Part shown: piece after piece, positions 1 to 10,514 of the stretch
Numbering within the stretch: the stretch's first letter is position 1
Layout: each line of letters begins with the position of its first letter
Source: an uncultured delta proteobacterium
Lineage (GTDB): Bacteria > Desulfobacterota > Binatia > Binatales > Binataceae
Assembly (NCBI GenBank): GCA_963794325.1
Contig: CAWCDG010000004.1
Location: 288,001-352,000 of the forward strand
DNA: 64,000 bases
Reading direction: 5' to 3'
Notes under the pieces: model-generated
The model's database searches: none
The model's input: only the letters and a program-made list of their open reading frames with translations
What the model was told of the DNA's origin: nothing
Position numbers and translations under genes: made by a program

Positions 1-132
1 GACCTCGCGCCATACTTTCATCGGTTCGACGCATTGATCGCGATTCTGTTGATAGTCGGCGCCGCCGCCCTCATCTATAATCGGGTCAAAGGAATGACGT
101 CCGCGCCGAGCTCGGCGGAACGTAACCCATAA
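1..132 (+). CDS. 3' end of a membrane protein, probably DedA family (partial)
   Basis: Frame 1 is open from base 1: DLAPYFHRFDALIAILLIVGAAALIYNRVKGMTSAPSSAERNP*; resembles a DedA C-terminal TM helix. Confidence 0.45.
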   Translation, partial: DLAPYFHRFDALIAILLIVGAAALIYNRVKGMTSAPSSAERNP

Positions 133-156
133 CCCCTCCCCGAGCGCGGGAAGGGG
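121..156 (-). repeat. REP-like palindromic repeat, same family as 17226 and 17301
   Basis: Reverse complement reads CCCCTTCCC-GCGCTC-GGGGAGGGG-TTATGGGTTACG, matching the copies at 17226-17262 and 17301-17336. Confidence 0.65.
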
Positions 157-182
157 AACCAGATTGAAGGAACAGAGAAGCG

Positions 183-437
183 ATGACGACAAAGGAAACG
201 CCCGACCCGTCCGAGCTCGAGGAAATTTTCACCAGCATCGATCCGACTCCGGTCCGGATGGCGCATGACTACCTCAACGAAGCCGGCATCGAGTCGTTCG
301 TCTTCGACGCCGCCTCGTCGCGGATGCTCGGCACCACTGCCGGCGTCCCGGTGCGCCTGATGGTCCATCGCGACGCCGCCAAAGACGCCCGCGACCGTCT
401 CAACGATCTCGGCTTCACCGAAAAACAGGACAAGTGA
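183..437 (+). CDS. DUF2007-like small protein (putative signal-transducing protein)
   Basis: 84 aa with LNEAGIESFVFD and VRLMVHRDAAKDARDRL, the typical DUF2007 pattern. Confidence 0.7.
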   Translation: MTTKETPDPSELEEIFTSIDPTPVRMAHDYLNEAGIESFVFDAASSRMLGTTAGVPVRLMVHRDAAKDARDRLNDLGFTEKQDK

Positions 438-814
438 TGAGCGACGGCACCGGCCACCGCATCCGCTTCGGACGAATCGCCGCGATGCTCCCGGTTAAGG
501 ACATCGAGCGCGCCTGCGACTTCTATACGAAGGTTCTCGGCTTCACCAAGCTCTTCGAGAACGGCACTCCGGTCGGCTTTATGATCCTGAAAAAGGATCA
601 GGCCGAGTTGCACCTGACGCTACAACCAAATCACAACGCCGCACCATTCAACGTCGCGCACATGATGGTGGACGACGTCGATGCGCTCCTCGCAATCTGC
701 CAGCAGCAAGGACTGCGCATCATCAAGAGCATTCAGAACAAGGACTACGGTCTGCGCGCGTTCGTCTTCGAAGACCCCGACGGCAACCGCATCGACGTCG
801 GCCAACCAATCTGA
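434..814 (+). CDS. VOC family (glyoxalase/bleomycin resistance) protein
   Basis: VKDIERACDFYTKVLGF and YGLRAFVFEDPDGNRI motifs. Confidence 0.9.
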   Translation: MMSDGTGHRIRFGRIAAMLPVKDIERACDFYTKVLGFTKLFENGTPVGFMILKKDQAELHLTLQPNHNAAPFNVAHMMVDDVDALLAICQQQGLRIIKSIQNKDYGLRAFVFEDPDGNRIDVGQPI

Positions 815-906
815 CGCGCCTCTGTACGGCACACCTGTCCTCTACTATCTTGAAATCGGAACGCGCAGGTGATGCCGCGCGAATTTATCGAGCCGAGGTT
901 ATCGCG

Positions 907-2067
907 ATGCCATATGCCGAAGGTCGAACCTTCAATGACGCCGACAGCCATATCATGGAGACTCGCGACTGGCTGATTTCTCACGCCGACCCCGACATCC
1001 GGCCGAAGCTTCATCCGCTCGCGATTGGCTCGGGCGGGAAGATGGTCGAGAAGGCTATCGCGCATGCGAACGATCGTCAGAAAGATCCGGCCGCAGTCGC
1101 CGACGCGGAGAAGAACCTGATGCTGCGAAAGGGATGGGAGGCGCTGGGCGCTTTCGATCCTGACGAACGCCGGCGCGCGCTCGATTTGCTCGGCTTCAGC
1201 TCGCAGTTGGTCTTCACGACGTTTGCGATCACCCATTTCTGGGGCGAGTTCGACCAGGTTCGCTCGACGCCTGAGGTTCTGTACGGCGGCACTCGCGCGC
1301 ACAACCGCGCCATCGCGGATTTCTGCCGCGGTGACAAGCGCCTGCTCGGCGTCGGCTTCGTGCCGCTCGACATTCCCGAGCTTGCCGAAAAGGAGATCGA
1401 CGAGGCGGTCAAGCTGGGATGCGCCGCGATTCACATTCCGTCGCTGCCGCCCGCGAAAAAGTCGCCGACGCATCCCGACTTCAACGGCGTATGGGCGCGC
1501 CTGCAGGACGCCGACGTTCCGTTCATGCTGCACGTCGGTGGCGGCGGCCGCGCGATCCCGCGCGCGTTTCACAACAACGATCGCCCGGTGACCGACTTCC
1601 TCGGCGGCGGCGAGAATATCCGCTCGAAGGATTTCATGGCGATTCACATGATGCCGGAAATTTTTCTCTCGACGATGGTCCTCGACGGCATCTTCGAGCA
1701 GTTCCCGCGGTTGCACGGCGGATGTATCGAGCAGGGCGCGATGTGGATCGTGCCGTGGCTGCGCCGCCTCGACATCTCGCAGGAGACCTTCGTCAAATCC
1801 GAAAAGTATCTGAGCCTGCCGATGAAGGCGTCCGACTACGTGCGGCGCAATCTGCGCTTCACGCCGTATCCGCATGAGCCGGTGGGATGGATCGTCGAGC
1901 AGGCCGGCCCCGAGCTGTGCATGTTCTCGTCGGACTATCCGCATATCGAGGGCGGACGCAATCCGCTCAAGCGCTTCGAAATGTCGACGCCGAATCTGTC
2001 GGAGGCCGCGCGGGAAAAATTCTACGCGACCAACTACGCGGACATGATGGGCTCGCGCGCCGGCTGA
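907..2067 (+). CDS. Amidohydrolase family protein (Amidohydro_2)
   Basis: DADSH metal motif, MLHVG and FSSDYPHIEG; ATG at 907 follows a GAGG RBS. Confidence 0.9.
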   Translation: MPYAEGRTFNDADSHIMETRDWLISHADPDIRPKLHPLAIGSGGKMVEKAIAHANDRQKDPAAVADAEKNLMLRKGWEALGAFDPDERRRALDLLGFSSQLVFTTFAITHFWGEFDQVRSTPEVLYGGTRAHNRAIADFCRGDKRLLGVGFVPLDIPELAEKEIDEAVKLGCAAIHIPSLPPAKKSPTHPDFNGVWARLQDADVPFMLHVGGGGRAIPRAFHNNDRPVTDFLGGGENIRSKDFMAIHMMPEIFLSTMVLDGIFEQFPRLHGGCIEQGAMWIVPWLRRLDISQETFVKSEKYLSLPMKASDYVRRNLRFTPYPHEPVGWIVEQAGPELCMFSSDYPHIEGGRNPLKRFEMSTPNLSEAAREKFYATNYADMMGSRAG

Positions 2068-2085
2068 TTGTTCGACGGCTCCGCG

Positions 2086-3661
2086 ATGGCTCTACGCTGG
2101 TGGCGACGCGCCGTCTTTTATCAGATTTATCCGCGCTCGTTTGCCGACTCTAACGGCGACGGCATCGGCGATCTCGACGGCGTCACCGCGCATCTCGACT
2201 ATCTGAGCGCGCTCGGCATCGACGCGATCTGGCTGAACCCGATCAACCCATCGCCACTCGACGATTGGGGCTACGACGTCAGCGACTACTGCGGGATCCA
2301 TCCGGATCTCGGCGACCTCGCAGCGTTCGATCGTCTCCTGGCGCAAGCGCATCATCGCGGCATCCGCGTGATCGTCGACCTGGTGCCCAACCATAGTTCG
2401 AATCGGCATCCGTGGTTCGTCGAGTCGCGAGCGTCGCGCAACAATCCGAAGCGCGACTGGTATATCTGGGTTCCCGGAACGCCGGATCGTCCGCCCAACA
2501 ACTGGCTGAGCACCTTCGGCGGTATCGCATGGAAGTACGACAGCGCGACCGCTTCGTGGTATCTGCACACGTTCCTCGAGCAGCAGCCTGATCTGAACTT
2601 TCGAAATCCCGAAATGGTCGAAGCGATGCACGACGTCATCCGCTTCTGGCTCGAGCGCGGCGCCGACGGTTTCCGCATCGACGTGGTCGCGAACATGATT
2701 AAGGATGCGGAGTTGCGCGACAATCCGATTCGCGCGGAAGCAGACCCCGATATTCCGTGGCTGGGCCGAGGCATCCCGGACCCGCTCTACAGCACGGACC
2801 GGCCCGAGGTTCACGACATCGTTCGCGGATTTCGGCGGGTCTCCGACAGTTACGATGAGCGCATCCTGGTCGGCGAGACGTGGCCTCGCGATCAGGCGGG
2901 GCTGGCCGATTACCTGCGGCCGGACGAACTGCAGCTCGCGTTCAACTTCCGCTTTTTACTGGCGCGTTACGATGCGCGCCGCTTCCGCGCCGCGATCGAG
3001 CTGACTGAAAAGTCCTTCGGCCCCACTGCGTGGCCCACCTGGACGCTGTCGAATCACGACTTCTCGCGGCATATCTCGCGCTACTCGCGCGGCGGGGATG
3101 GCGACGCGCGCGCTCGCGTCGCAGCCGTGATGCTGTTTGCGCTGCGCGGCACGCCGTTCATTTACTACGGCGAAGAAATCGGGATGCGCGACAACGACAC
3201 GGCAATCGCCGCCGACCGCAAGCGCGATCCGGTCGGACGCGACGGCTGCCGCTCGCCGATGCAATGGTCGGACGCACCGAACGGCGGATTCTCGACCGGC
3301 GCCGAAACGTGGCTGCCGTGCGGCGACTTCAAGACGGTTAACGTCGCGCGGCAGCTGAACGATCCGCAGTCGATGCTCTCGCTCTATCGACGCCTGATCC
3401 AACTCCGCAAATCGACGCCCGCGCTGGTGGAGGGCGGCTATCGCGCTTTCGGCAACGCGCCCGAAGATTGCCTCGTATTCCGTCGCGATACTCCGACGCA
3501 GCATCTGATCGTTGCGCTGAATTTCACTGATGAGGCGCGCGAGATCAATTTGCCCGCCGGGAAAATCTTACTGAGCACAGTCTGCGGACGGCGCGAGTTT
3601 AACGAAATCGCCACTGACGCTGGCGCCAAACGAAGGCGGCATCGTGATGCTCGATGCGTGA
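2086..3661 (+). CDS. GH13 alpha-glucosidase/oligo-1,6-glucosidase; single-base frameshift near 3600
   Basis: YQIYPRSFADSNGDGIGDL, DLVPNH, GFRIDV, LSNHD and YYGEEIGM motifs; the typical C-terminus PLTLAPNEGGIVMLDA* lies in another frame ending at 3661. Confidence 0.9.
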
Positions 3662-3719
3662 CAAATGGCGTCATTTCAGCAATTAAGGTCCTCCACCCGC
3701 CGCTCTAGGAAGAGCGTCG

Positions 3720-3743
3720 GCCTCCCCCCACGAAGGGGGAGGC
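3720..3743. repeat. REP-like GC-rich hairpin
   Basis: GCCTCCCCC-CACGAA-GGGGGAGGC perfect stem in the intergenic region. Confidence 0.5.
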
Positions 3744-3813
3744 GAAGAGCGAAGATTCTCTGATATAGCTCTCGCGCAAAAGGCTGTCCTCAGCATTTTG
3801 CGCTTCACTAGGT

Positions 3814-3857
3814 GCAGGGGTCACCCCTGCCGCGGGTGCGCGGCGCGGAGCCCCGCA
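3814..3857. repeat. REP-like double-hairpin element
   Basis: GCAGGGG-TCA-CCCCTGC stem followed by GCGGG...CCCCGC. Confidence 0.4.
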
Positions 3858-3921
3858 TTCAATCTCGTATGCCCGCATTCCCCGTTTGCGTGCGACGACC
3901 GCGGTTCATAACATCACCGGC

Positions 3922-6519
3922 ATGCATAAGCCGCGATTTTTTGATCAATTGGCAGAGGAGCTGGGCGACCGCGAGGCCTTTACCGTCGCGTTCGCCCGTG
4001 GGCGCCGCGCGTTTCAACCGCAACACGTCGAGGCAAAATGGGCGCGCGACCGCGCCGCCAACATCAATCATATCAAGCTCGAGGTCGCGCTCGACTTCGA
4101 TGCGAAAAAAATCGCGGGCACCGCGACCCATCGACTGTCCGCGATCACCGGGCCGCTCGATCGCCTTGAATTCGACGCCGCCGAGCTCGAAATTCGCGCG
4201 GTCCGTGCCGGCGGCGAGCCGGCGACCTTCGATACGTCCGACAGCAAGCTGAAGATTACGCTGCCGCGCGCGCTCAAGGCGGGCGAGGAAATCGAGATCG
4301 CGATCGACTACTCGAGCCGGTCGCGCCGCGGACTCTATTTTGTCGGCCCCGACGACGGCTATCCGAACAAGCCCCGGCAGGCGTGGACGCAGGGCGAAGA
4401 CGAGGACTCGCGCTACTGGTTCCCCTGCTACGACTATCCAAACAACCGAACCACCAGCGAAGTCATCGCGACCGTGCCGGAAAAGTTCACAGCGGTTTCC
4501 AATGGCGGGCTGGTCGGCACATCATCGAATGCTGCCGCGAAGACCCGCACCTTCCACTGGCGTCATGACGTGCCGCACTCGTCGTATCTGATCACGCTGG
4601 CGGCCGGCGAGTTCACGATGATCGAAGAGCGCGCCGGCAACACCCCCGTCACCTACTACGTCGCGCCAGGACGTGAGGACGACGCGCGCCGCGCCTTCGG
4701 CAACACGCCGAAGATGATCCAGTTTTTCGAGCGCGTGATAGGCGTGCCGTATCCTTACGCCAAGTATGCGCAGGTCGCGGTCAGCGATTTTATTTTCGGC
4801 GGGATGGAAAACACCTCGGCGACGACGCAGACCGACAGCACCCTGCACGACGCGCGCGCGCATCTCGATTTCAAGAGCGATCCGCTGGTCGCGCACGAGC
4901 TGGCCCATCAATGGTGGGGCGACTTGCTGACCTGCCGCGATTGGGCGCACGCATGGCTCAACGAGGGCTTCGCGACTTACTTCGAGGCGCTCTGGTGCGA
5001 GGAAAATCTTGGTCCCGACGAGTTCGCGTGGAACGTCCGCCAGGATCGCGAGAGCTATCTCGACGAGGACGCAAATCACTACCGTCGTCCAATTGTATGC
5101 AACCGCTATCGCAATCCGATCGATTTGTTCGATCGCCATCTATATGAGAAAGGCAGCCTGGTGTTGCACATGCTGCGCCGCGTCACCGGCGACGATCTGT
5201 TCTTCAAATCGCTGAACCTCTATTGCACGCGGCATCGCGGCGCCAACGTCATCACGCAGGATCTGCAGCGCGCGTTCGAGGAGACCACCGGCCGCAACCT
5301 CGATTTTTTCTTCGACCAGTGGGTGTACAAGGAAGGGCATCCCGAAATCGAAGTTTCGAGTTCGTTCGACGACAAGAAAAAACTGCTCAGCGTGACGGTC
5401 AAGCAGACCCACAAGACCGGCGACACGATTGCTTCCGCGTTCAGCTTCCCGGTGACGATTGCGCTGATGGACGCCGGCGGGCACGAGACCCGGCATCGCG
5501 TCGAAATCAAGGATCGCGAGCAGGGCTTCACGTTTGTGATGGACAAGGCGCCCAAGGCGGTTCGCTTCGATCCCGAATTCGACGTCCTGAAAACGCTCAA
5601 GCATAAGCGCGGGCGCGAGTCGCTCGAAGTCACGCTGCGCCACGCGCCCGAAGCGATGGCACGCGCCAATGCGGCTCGCGAGCTCGGCAGCGAGGGCAGT
5701 CCGCAAGCCACCGCAGCTCTGCGCGAGTGCATGCTCACCGACAAATTCTGGGGCGTGCAGGCCGATGCGGCGACCGCGCTCGGCGCGATTCGCACGACCG
5801 CCGCGCTCGACGCGATCCTCGAAGGACTCAAGCTGCCGCATCCGAAAGTGCGGCGCGCCGTGGTGCGCGCACTCGGCAATTTCCGCGGCGATGCGCGCGC
5901 AGCGTCCGCGCTCGCCGAGGTCGTCACTAATGGCGACGCCAGCTACTTCGTCGAAGCCGAAGCAGTCCTCGCGCTTGGCAAGACGCGCGACGATCGCGCA
6001 TTCGCCCATCTGACGGACGCGTTGAAGCGCGACTCGTATCTCGACGTGATACGGACGCATGCATTGTCCGGGATGGCCGAGTTGCGCGACGAGCGTGCGA
6101 TCGACGTCGCTCGCGATTTCTCCGCGTACGGCAAGCCGGCGCGCGCGCGGGTGGCCGCAGTTGGAGCGCTTGCGCGGTTTGCGGCGCTGAAAGACAACCG
6201 CCGCGTCGAGATTCTCGATTTTATGACCCCGCTGGTCGACGATCGCGAGTTCATGATGCGCATGCGTATTCCGTCCGCGTTCGCCGAGATTGGCGACCCG
6301 CGCGCGCTGCCGGCTCTGCGACGGCTGGCCGATCGCGACCTCGATGGACGCATCCAGCGGCATGCAAACGACGCGATCACGTCTATCAGCGAAGGCCGCA
6401 GCCGGGTCGAGGAAGGTCAGAGGCTGCGCGAAGACATCGATAAGCTTCGCGACGACAACAAGAAGCTGCAGGAGCGGCTCGAGAAGGTCGAAGCAATCGC
6501 GCGCAACAAGCCCGTCTGA
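3922..6519 (+). CDS. pepN: M1 family aminopeptidase N with C-terminal HEAT repeats and coiled coil
   Basis: GGMEN, HELAHQWWG...WLNEGFATY and YEKG motifs; HEAT-like repeats and a coiled-coil tail. Confidence 0.9.
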   Translation: MHKPRFFDQLAEELGDREAFTVAFARGRRAFQPQHVEAKWARDRAANINHIKLEVALDFDAKKIAGTATHRLSAITGPLDRLEFDAAELEIRAVRAGGEPATFDTSDSKLKITLPRALKAGEEIEIAIDYSSRSRRGLYFVGPDDGYPNKPRQAWTQGEDEDSRYWFPCYDYPNNRTTSEVIATVPEKFTAVSNGGLVGTSSNAAAKTRTFHWRHDVPHSSYLITLAAGEFTMIEERAGNTPVTYYVAPGREDDARRAFGNTPKMIQFFERVIGVPYPYAKYAQVAVSDFIFGGMENTSATTQTDSTLHDARAHLDFKSDPLVAHELAHQWWGDLLTCRDWAHAWLNEGFATYFEALWCEENLGPDEFAWNVRQDRESYLDEDANHYRRPIVCNRYRNPIDLFDRHLYEKGSLVLHMLRRVTGDDLFFKSLNLYCTRHRGANVITQDLQRAFEETTGRNLDFFFDQWVYKEGHPEIEVSSSFDDKKKLLSVTVKQTHKTGDTIASAFSFPVTIALMDAGGHETRHRVEIKDREQGFTFVMDKAPKAVRFDPEFDVLKTLKHKRGRESLEVTLRHAPEAMARANAARELGSEGSPQATAALRECMLTDKFWGVQADAATALGAIRTTAALDAILEGLKLPHPKVRRAVVRALGNFRGDARAASALAEVVTNGDASYFVEAEAVLALGKTRDDRAFAHLTDALKRDSYLDVIRTHALSGMAELRDERAIDVARDFSAYGKPARARVAAVGALARFAALKDNRRVEILDFMTPLVDDREFMMRMRIPSAFAEIGDPRALPALRRLADRDLDGRIQRHANDAITSISEGRSRVEEGQRLREDIDKLRDDNKKLQERLEKVEAIARNKPV

Positions 6520-6648
6520 AACGAGAACAATCGGGTAGAGCTTCATGGTGCCATGAGATGCTGAAGAGTAATATTTAGTGTTTTCTTAAGGCTGACTAAG
6601 GCATAATATCGGCGATTGGGTATGAGGATGACATATGAGGCTGAAGTG

Positions 6649-7020
6649 ATGCGCACTACATCTTTTGCAGCTATGCTGGCGGTGCTTGGATTCGTCAGTT
6701 GCGTGCTGGTGTCCCGAGCGGACGCTATGGACTGCAACGCGATCCAGGCCGCATACGCTGCCGCAATCCGGCAGGCGCAGATTTGCGATCTCGCGGCGCC
6801 GGATTCGTGCAGCGCCACGCGGCCTTGGTCGCCTCAGGACGTGTGCCGGTGTAAGGTCGCCGTCAATCCTTCAAGTGCCGCGGCGCTTGATCAGCTCCTC
6901 GCTCAATTCCAATCGCAGGGATGTCCGTTCGCGCAGAGGATGTGCAATCGAATCTGTGTCGCTCCTGCACATAGCTGTGTCGCAGGCTCGGGGCCAGCGC
7001 CGACCTGCACCGGGCCATGA
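6649..7020 (+). CDS. Small secreted cysteine-rich hypothetical protein
   Basis: Signal-peptide-like N-terminus; about 10 Cys in the predicted mature region; start codon uncertain. Confidence 0.65.
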   Translation: MRTTSFAAMLAVLGFVSCVLVSRADAMDCNAIQAAYAAAIRQAQICDLAAPDSCSATRPWSPQDVCRCKVAVNPSSAAALDQLLAQFQSQGCPFAQRMCNRICVAPAHSCVAGSGPAPTCTGP

Positions 7021-7092
7021 GAATCAATCGAGACGCAATTACGTATTAGAGGGAACGGTGATTAATCAAACGCGGTCTTTGAAGGAGAAGGG

Positions 7093-8517
7093 TTGATGTT
7101 GAGGTATAGGGGGGCGATCGCCTTGATGGCGCTGCTACTGCTTCCGTCGGTGGCGTGGAGCGCCAATAACAATCCACTCCTGGTCGGAGGCCCCAACGCA
7201 CTCCCGAGTCGGCCGGTCGGCCCGGTACCCGAATCGGCGGCCAGTGGCGCCCACCTAACCTATTATGGCGGCAGGGTCGTGTCCAACTTGCAGGTGGTGC
7301 AGGTGCTGTGGGGGACCGGCGGTATAGGCACTACCAACGGTCATTTCCTGGCCGGTGTCGTCAACACCTCCACGCCAAGTATGGCGACCTTCTACCAGCA
7401 GGTGTTGAACAGCGGCTACGTCGATTGGTTGATGGAATACAACACCGACATCACCGACTTCGGCGGCAACCCGGGGACGAACCAAACCATTGGCCGTGGG
7501 TCGTTCTCGGAGCAAGTCGCCATTACCCCCGTCAACACCTCCACCTCGCTCAGCGACAGCGACATCCAAACCGAGCTGGTGAATCAGATTAAAGCCGGCC
7601 ACATACCGCTTCCCACCCACGACGGGGCCGGCAACAACAACACTTATTACGCGATCTTTTTTCCGCACGGGATAAGCATCGACTCGGGCGGATCGCTTTC
7701 CTGCCAAGGGGGCGGATTCTGCGCCTATCACGGCACGATCGTCGCCAGCGCACCGGTCGGCGAAATCTACTACGGCGTGCATCCCGACTTTCAGGCCGGA
7801 TCGGGATGTGACAGCGGATGCGGCAACGGCGCCAGCACCTTCGATAACGTCACCTCTGTCGCCTCGCACGAGATGGTCGAGACAATCACGGACTGCGAAG
7901 TCTCCCTCGCACAGTTTCTGGCCCCACCGCTTGCCTGGTACGACAACAACAACGGCGAGATCGGCGATATCTGCAACGCCCAGCAGGGAAGCATCGTTGG
8001 CGCGGACGGTCATACGTACACCGTGCAGCGGGAGTTTTCGGACGATGCCGGCGCTTGCATCGTTGTGCCGTCGGGATCTCCGACCCCCACGAGGACAGCC
8101 ACGCCCACCGCTACTGCGACTGGCGGCGGCACTCCTACCGCGACGCCGACGCCCACCGCAACGCCGACGCCGGGCCCCGCGATGCTGATGATCTCTCCGC
8201 CGTCGGTGAATTTCGGCAGCGTGAAAGTGCGTAAGCTTAAAAAGCAAACGTTTATTCTCACCAATGGGGCCAGTAGTGGTGGATCGTCCATTCGCTTTGG
8301 TATTCCGCCGGCGACGGTGAGCAATTTTCCGATATTCTCGTTCCCCAAGAAGGGCGCTACGAACTGCCCTCAGCAACTTCCGCCGATGGGTCAGTGCAAC
8401 CTCATTCTGCAGTTCGTCCCGAAAACCCGGCGGAAACCGGTGGCCGGCACGGTCACAATCTTCGACGATGCGGGAAACGCGAACCAAACGATCCCGCTAA
8501 GCGGGACGGGGAAATAG
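7093..8517 (+). CDS. Secreted protein: Phi-1/EXORDIUM-like zincin domain, Pro/Thr linker, choice-of-anchor D/ASH-like Ig domain
   Basis: Signal peptide, LTYYGG, FCAYH, SHEMVETITD, GEIGDIC; PTPTATPT linker; ISPPSVNFG...LSGTGK C-terminal domain; AGGAG RBS. Confidence 0.75.
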   Translation: MMLRYRGAIALMALLLLPSVAWSANNNPLLVGGPNALPSRPVGPVPESAASGAHLTYYGGRVVSNLQVVQVLWGTGGIGTTNGHFLAGVVNTSTPSMATFYQQVLNSGYVDWLMEYNTDITDFGGNPGTNQTIGRGSFSEQVAITPVNTSTSLSDSDIQTELVNQIKAGHIPLPTHDGAGNNNTYYAIFFPHGISIDSGGSLSCQGGGFCAYHGTIVASAPVGEIYYGVHPDFQAGSGCDSGCGNGASTFDNVTSVASHEMVETITDCEVSLAQFLAPPLAWYDNNNGEIGDICNAQQGSIVGADGHTYTVQREFSDDAGACIVVPSGSPTPTRTATPTATATGGGTPTATPTPTATPTPGPAMLMISPPSVNFGSVKVRKLKKQTFILTNGASSGGSSIRFGIPPATVSNFPIFSFPKKGATNCPQQLPPMGQCNLILQFVPKTRRKPVAGTVTIFDDAGNANQTIPLSGTGK

Positions 8518-8545
8518 AGCTACTCCGGTAGTCGCACGAATCGCG

Positions 8546-8587
8546 AAAATAAAGCGGCGGCCCGCTAAGGCCCGCCGCTTCTGTTTT
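8546..8587. terminator. Probably bidirectional intrinsic terminator between convergent genes
   Basis: AAGCGGCGG...CCGCCGCTT stem flanked by an A-rich tract on the left and a T-rich tract on the right. Confidence 0.75.
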
Positions 8588-8608
8588 GGTCGGCGCGCAG
8601 TGATGTGC

Positions 8609-10036
8609 TTACGCGTCGTAATAGAGCGCGAATTCGTACGGATGGGGCCGCAGCCGAATCGCGCTGACTTCGTTTGTCATCTTGTATTCAATCCACGTCT
8701 CGATCAGGTCCTCGGTGAACACGTCGCCCTTCAGCAGGAACTCGTGATCCTTCTTGAGATTGCCCAGTGACTCCTCGAGTGACGCGGGCATGCTCGGCAC
8801 CTCCGCCAGTTCGGCCGGCGTCAGCGCGTAGATGTCCTTGTCGAGCGGCTGGCCCGGATCGAGCCGCCGCTGAATCCCGTCGATTCCCGCCATCAACATC
8901 GCGGAGAACGCGAGATACGGATTGCAGGTTGGGTCGGGGAACCGCACTTCGATGCGCTTGGCCTTCGGCGACGGCGAATACATCGGGATACGCACCGACG
9001 CTGAGCGGTTGCGCGACGAGTACGCGAGGTTAATCGGCGCCTCGAAGCCCGGCACCAGCCGGCGATACGAGTTCGTCCCCGGATTAGTGAACGCCGCAAT
9101 CGTCGGCGCGTGATGCAGGATGCCCGCGATGTAATGCATCGCGGTCTCCGACATCCCGGCGTAGCCATTGCCCGCGAACAGCGGCGTGTCGCCCTTCCAG
9201 ATGCTCTGATGGGTATGCATGCCGGTGCCGTTGTCGCCGAAAATCGGCTTGGGCATGAAGGTCGCCGTCATCCCATGGCGCACCGCCACGTTCTTGACGA
9301 TGTATTTGAACCAGGTCAGCCAGTCGGCCATCTTGGTCAGCGTCTGGAAGCGCATGTCGATTTCAGCCTGACCCGCCGTCGCGACTTCGTGATGCTGTTT
9401 CTCGACGCGGATGCCGACCCGCTCCATCTCGAGCACCATCTCGGTACGGATGTCCTGCAGGGTGTCCACCGGCGGCACCGGGAAGTAACCGGCCTTGTTT
9501 TTGACCTTGAAGCCGAGGTTCGCGCCTTCCTTGACCGCGCCCTCGCGCCCGCTGTTCCAGTTACCTTCGTTCGAATCGATGTAGTAGTAGCTCGAATTCT
9601 GCGTGGTGTCGTAGCGCAGCGAGTCGAAGATGAAAAACTCCGGCTCGGGTCCGAAGTACGCCGAGTCGCCGATGCCGGTGGTCTTCAGGTACGCCTCGGC
9701 CTTGCGCGAGATGTTGCGCGGGTCGCGGGTGTAGTCGGCGCGCGTGATCGGATCGGAAATATTCGCGATGATGCTCAGCGTCGGATCCTTGGTGAAAGGA
9801 TCCATCACCGCAGTGTCGGGGTCGGGAATCACCAGCATGTCGCTGTTGTCGATCGCCTGCCACCCGCGAATCGACGAGCCATCGAAGCCCAACCCTTCAT
9901 CGAAGGGTGCTTCATCCTTGAACTCGGATATCGGGGCAGTGAAATGCTGCCACGTGCCGAGCAGATCGATGAATTTCACATCGACCATCACCACGCCCTT
10001 GTCCTTGATCATTTGGAGAACTTGTTTAGGCGTCAT
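8609..10036 (-). CDS. glnA: Glutamine synthetase type I
   Basis: [36 protein letters not shown] and RIEVRFPD motifs; adenylylation-loop DIY. Confidence 0.98.
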   Translation of the reverse strand: MTPKQVLQMIKDKGVVMVDVKFIDLLGTWQHFTAPISEFKDEAPFDEGLGFDGSSIRGWQAIDNSDMLVIPDPDTAVMDPFTKDPTLSIIANISDPITRADYTRDPRNISRKAEAYLKTTGIGDSAYFGPEPEFFIFDSLRYDTTQNSSYYYIDSNEGNWNSGREGAVKEGANLGFKVKNKAGYFPVPPVDTLQDIRTEMVLEMERVGIRVEKQHHEVATAGQAEIDMRFQTLTKMADWLTWFKYIVKNVAVRHGMTATFMPKPIFGDNGTGMHTHQSIWKGDTPLFAGNGYAGMSETAMHYIAGILHHAPTIAAFTNPGTNSYRRLVPGFEAPINLAYSSRNRSASVRIPMYSPSPKAKRIEVRFPDPTCNPYLAFSAMLMAGIDGIQRRLDPGQPLDKDIYALTPAELAEVPSMPASLEESLGNLKKDHEFLLKGDVFTEDLIETWIEYKMTNEVSAIRLRPHPYEFALYYDA

Positions 10037-10266
10037 CGAACCCGTAACCCTCCTGGCCGCTTAACGGGGCGGCATATTTGTACTCGAAAATTGATCGATC
10101 TCTGAATCTCGTTTTCTGTCACGAAAGCTCCCCGAACGCAACGCTCATACAATGGGCACCTGACGCATGTTCGAGCAGCGTTGCACAGCGCAACCCTTCG
10201 CGCGGACATCACAGAACCGCGCCAGCGGGGCTTTTTTTCCCCAAATCATTCGGCGAATTTCATTAC

Positions 10267-10282
10267 AGCAAAACAAGTGCCG
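10267..10282 (-). promoter_or_regulatory. sigma54 (-24/-12) promoter of glnA
   Basis: Minus strand CGGCAC-TTGTT-TTGCT with canonical GG-N10-GC spacing, 230 bp upstream of the glnA start. Confidence 0.8.
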
Positions 10283-10431
10283 AGCATCACCAGCTCCACC
10301 GGCACCCGCAAGGTCTCAAACGTGCGGCGGAAAACAGAAACATTGGCATCGAGAAAGGCTCGAGGATGTCGGAATAGCCGACACTCTGAATGTCGGGCAA
10401 ACGATCTAAGCCACGGCGCCTCATGCTCCTC

Positions 10432-10473
10432 AAAAAGAGAAGCGGCGGGTCCGCTTCTTCGGACCCGCCGCTT
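10432..10473 (-). terminator. Intrinsic terminator of the porin gene
   Basis: 14-bp perfect stem AAGCGGCGGGTCCG/CGGACCCGCCGCTT followed on the minus strand by CTCTTTTT. Confidence 0.8.
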
Positions 10474-10514
10474 GGGCCGCATCACTGCGACCGATGCTCT
10501 AGCTCCTCCCCGAG

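Noticed and set aside
8080-8175. Repeated ACGCCG/ACGCCC units
   Set aside because: Encodes the Pro/Thr linker of the surface protein; not a CRISPR or DNA-level repeat.
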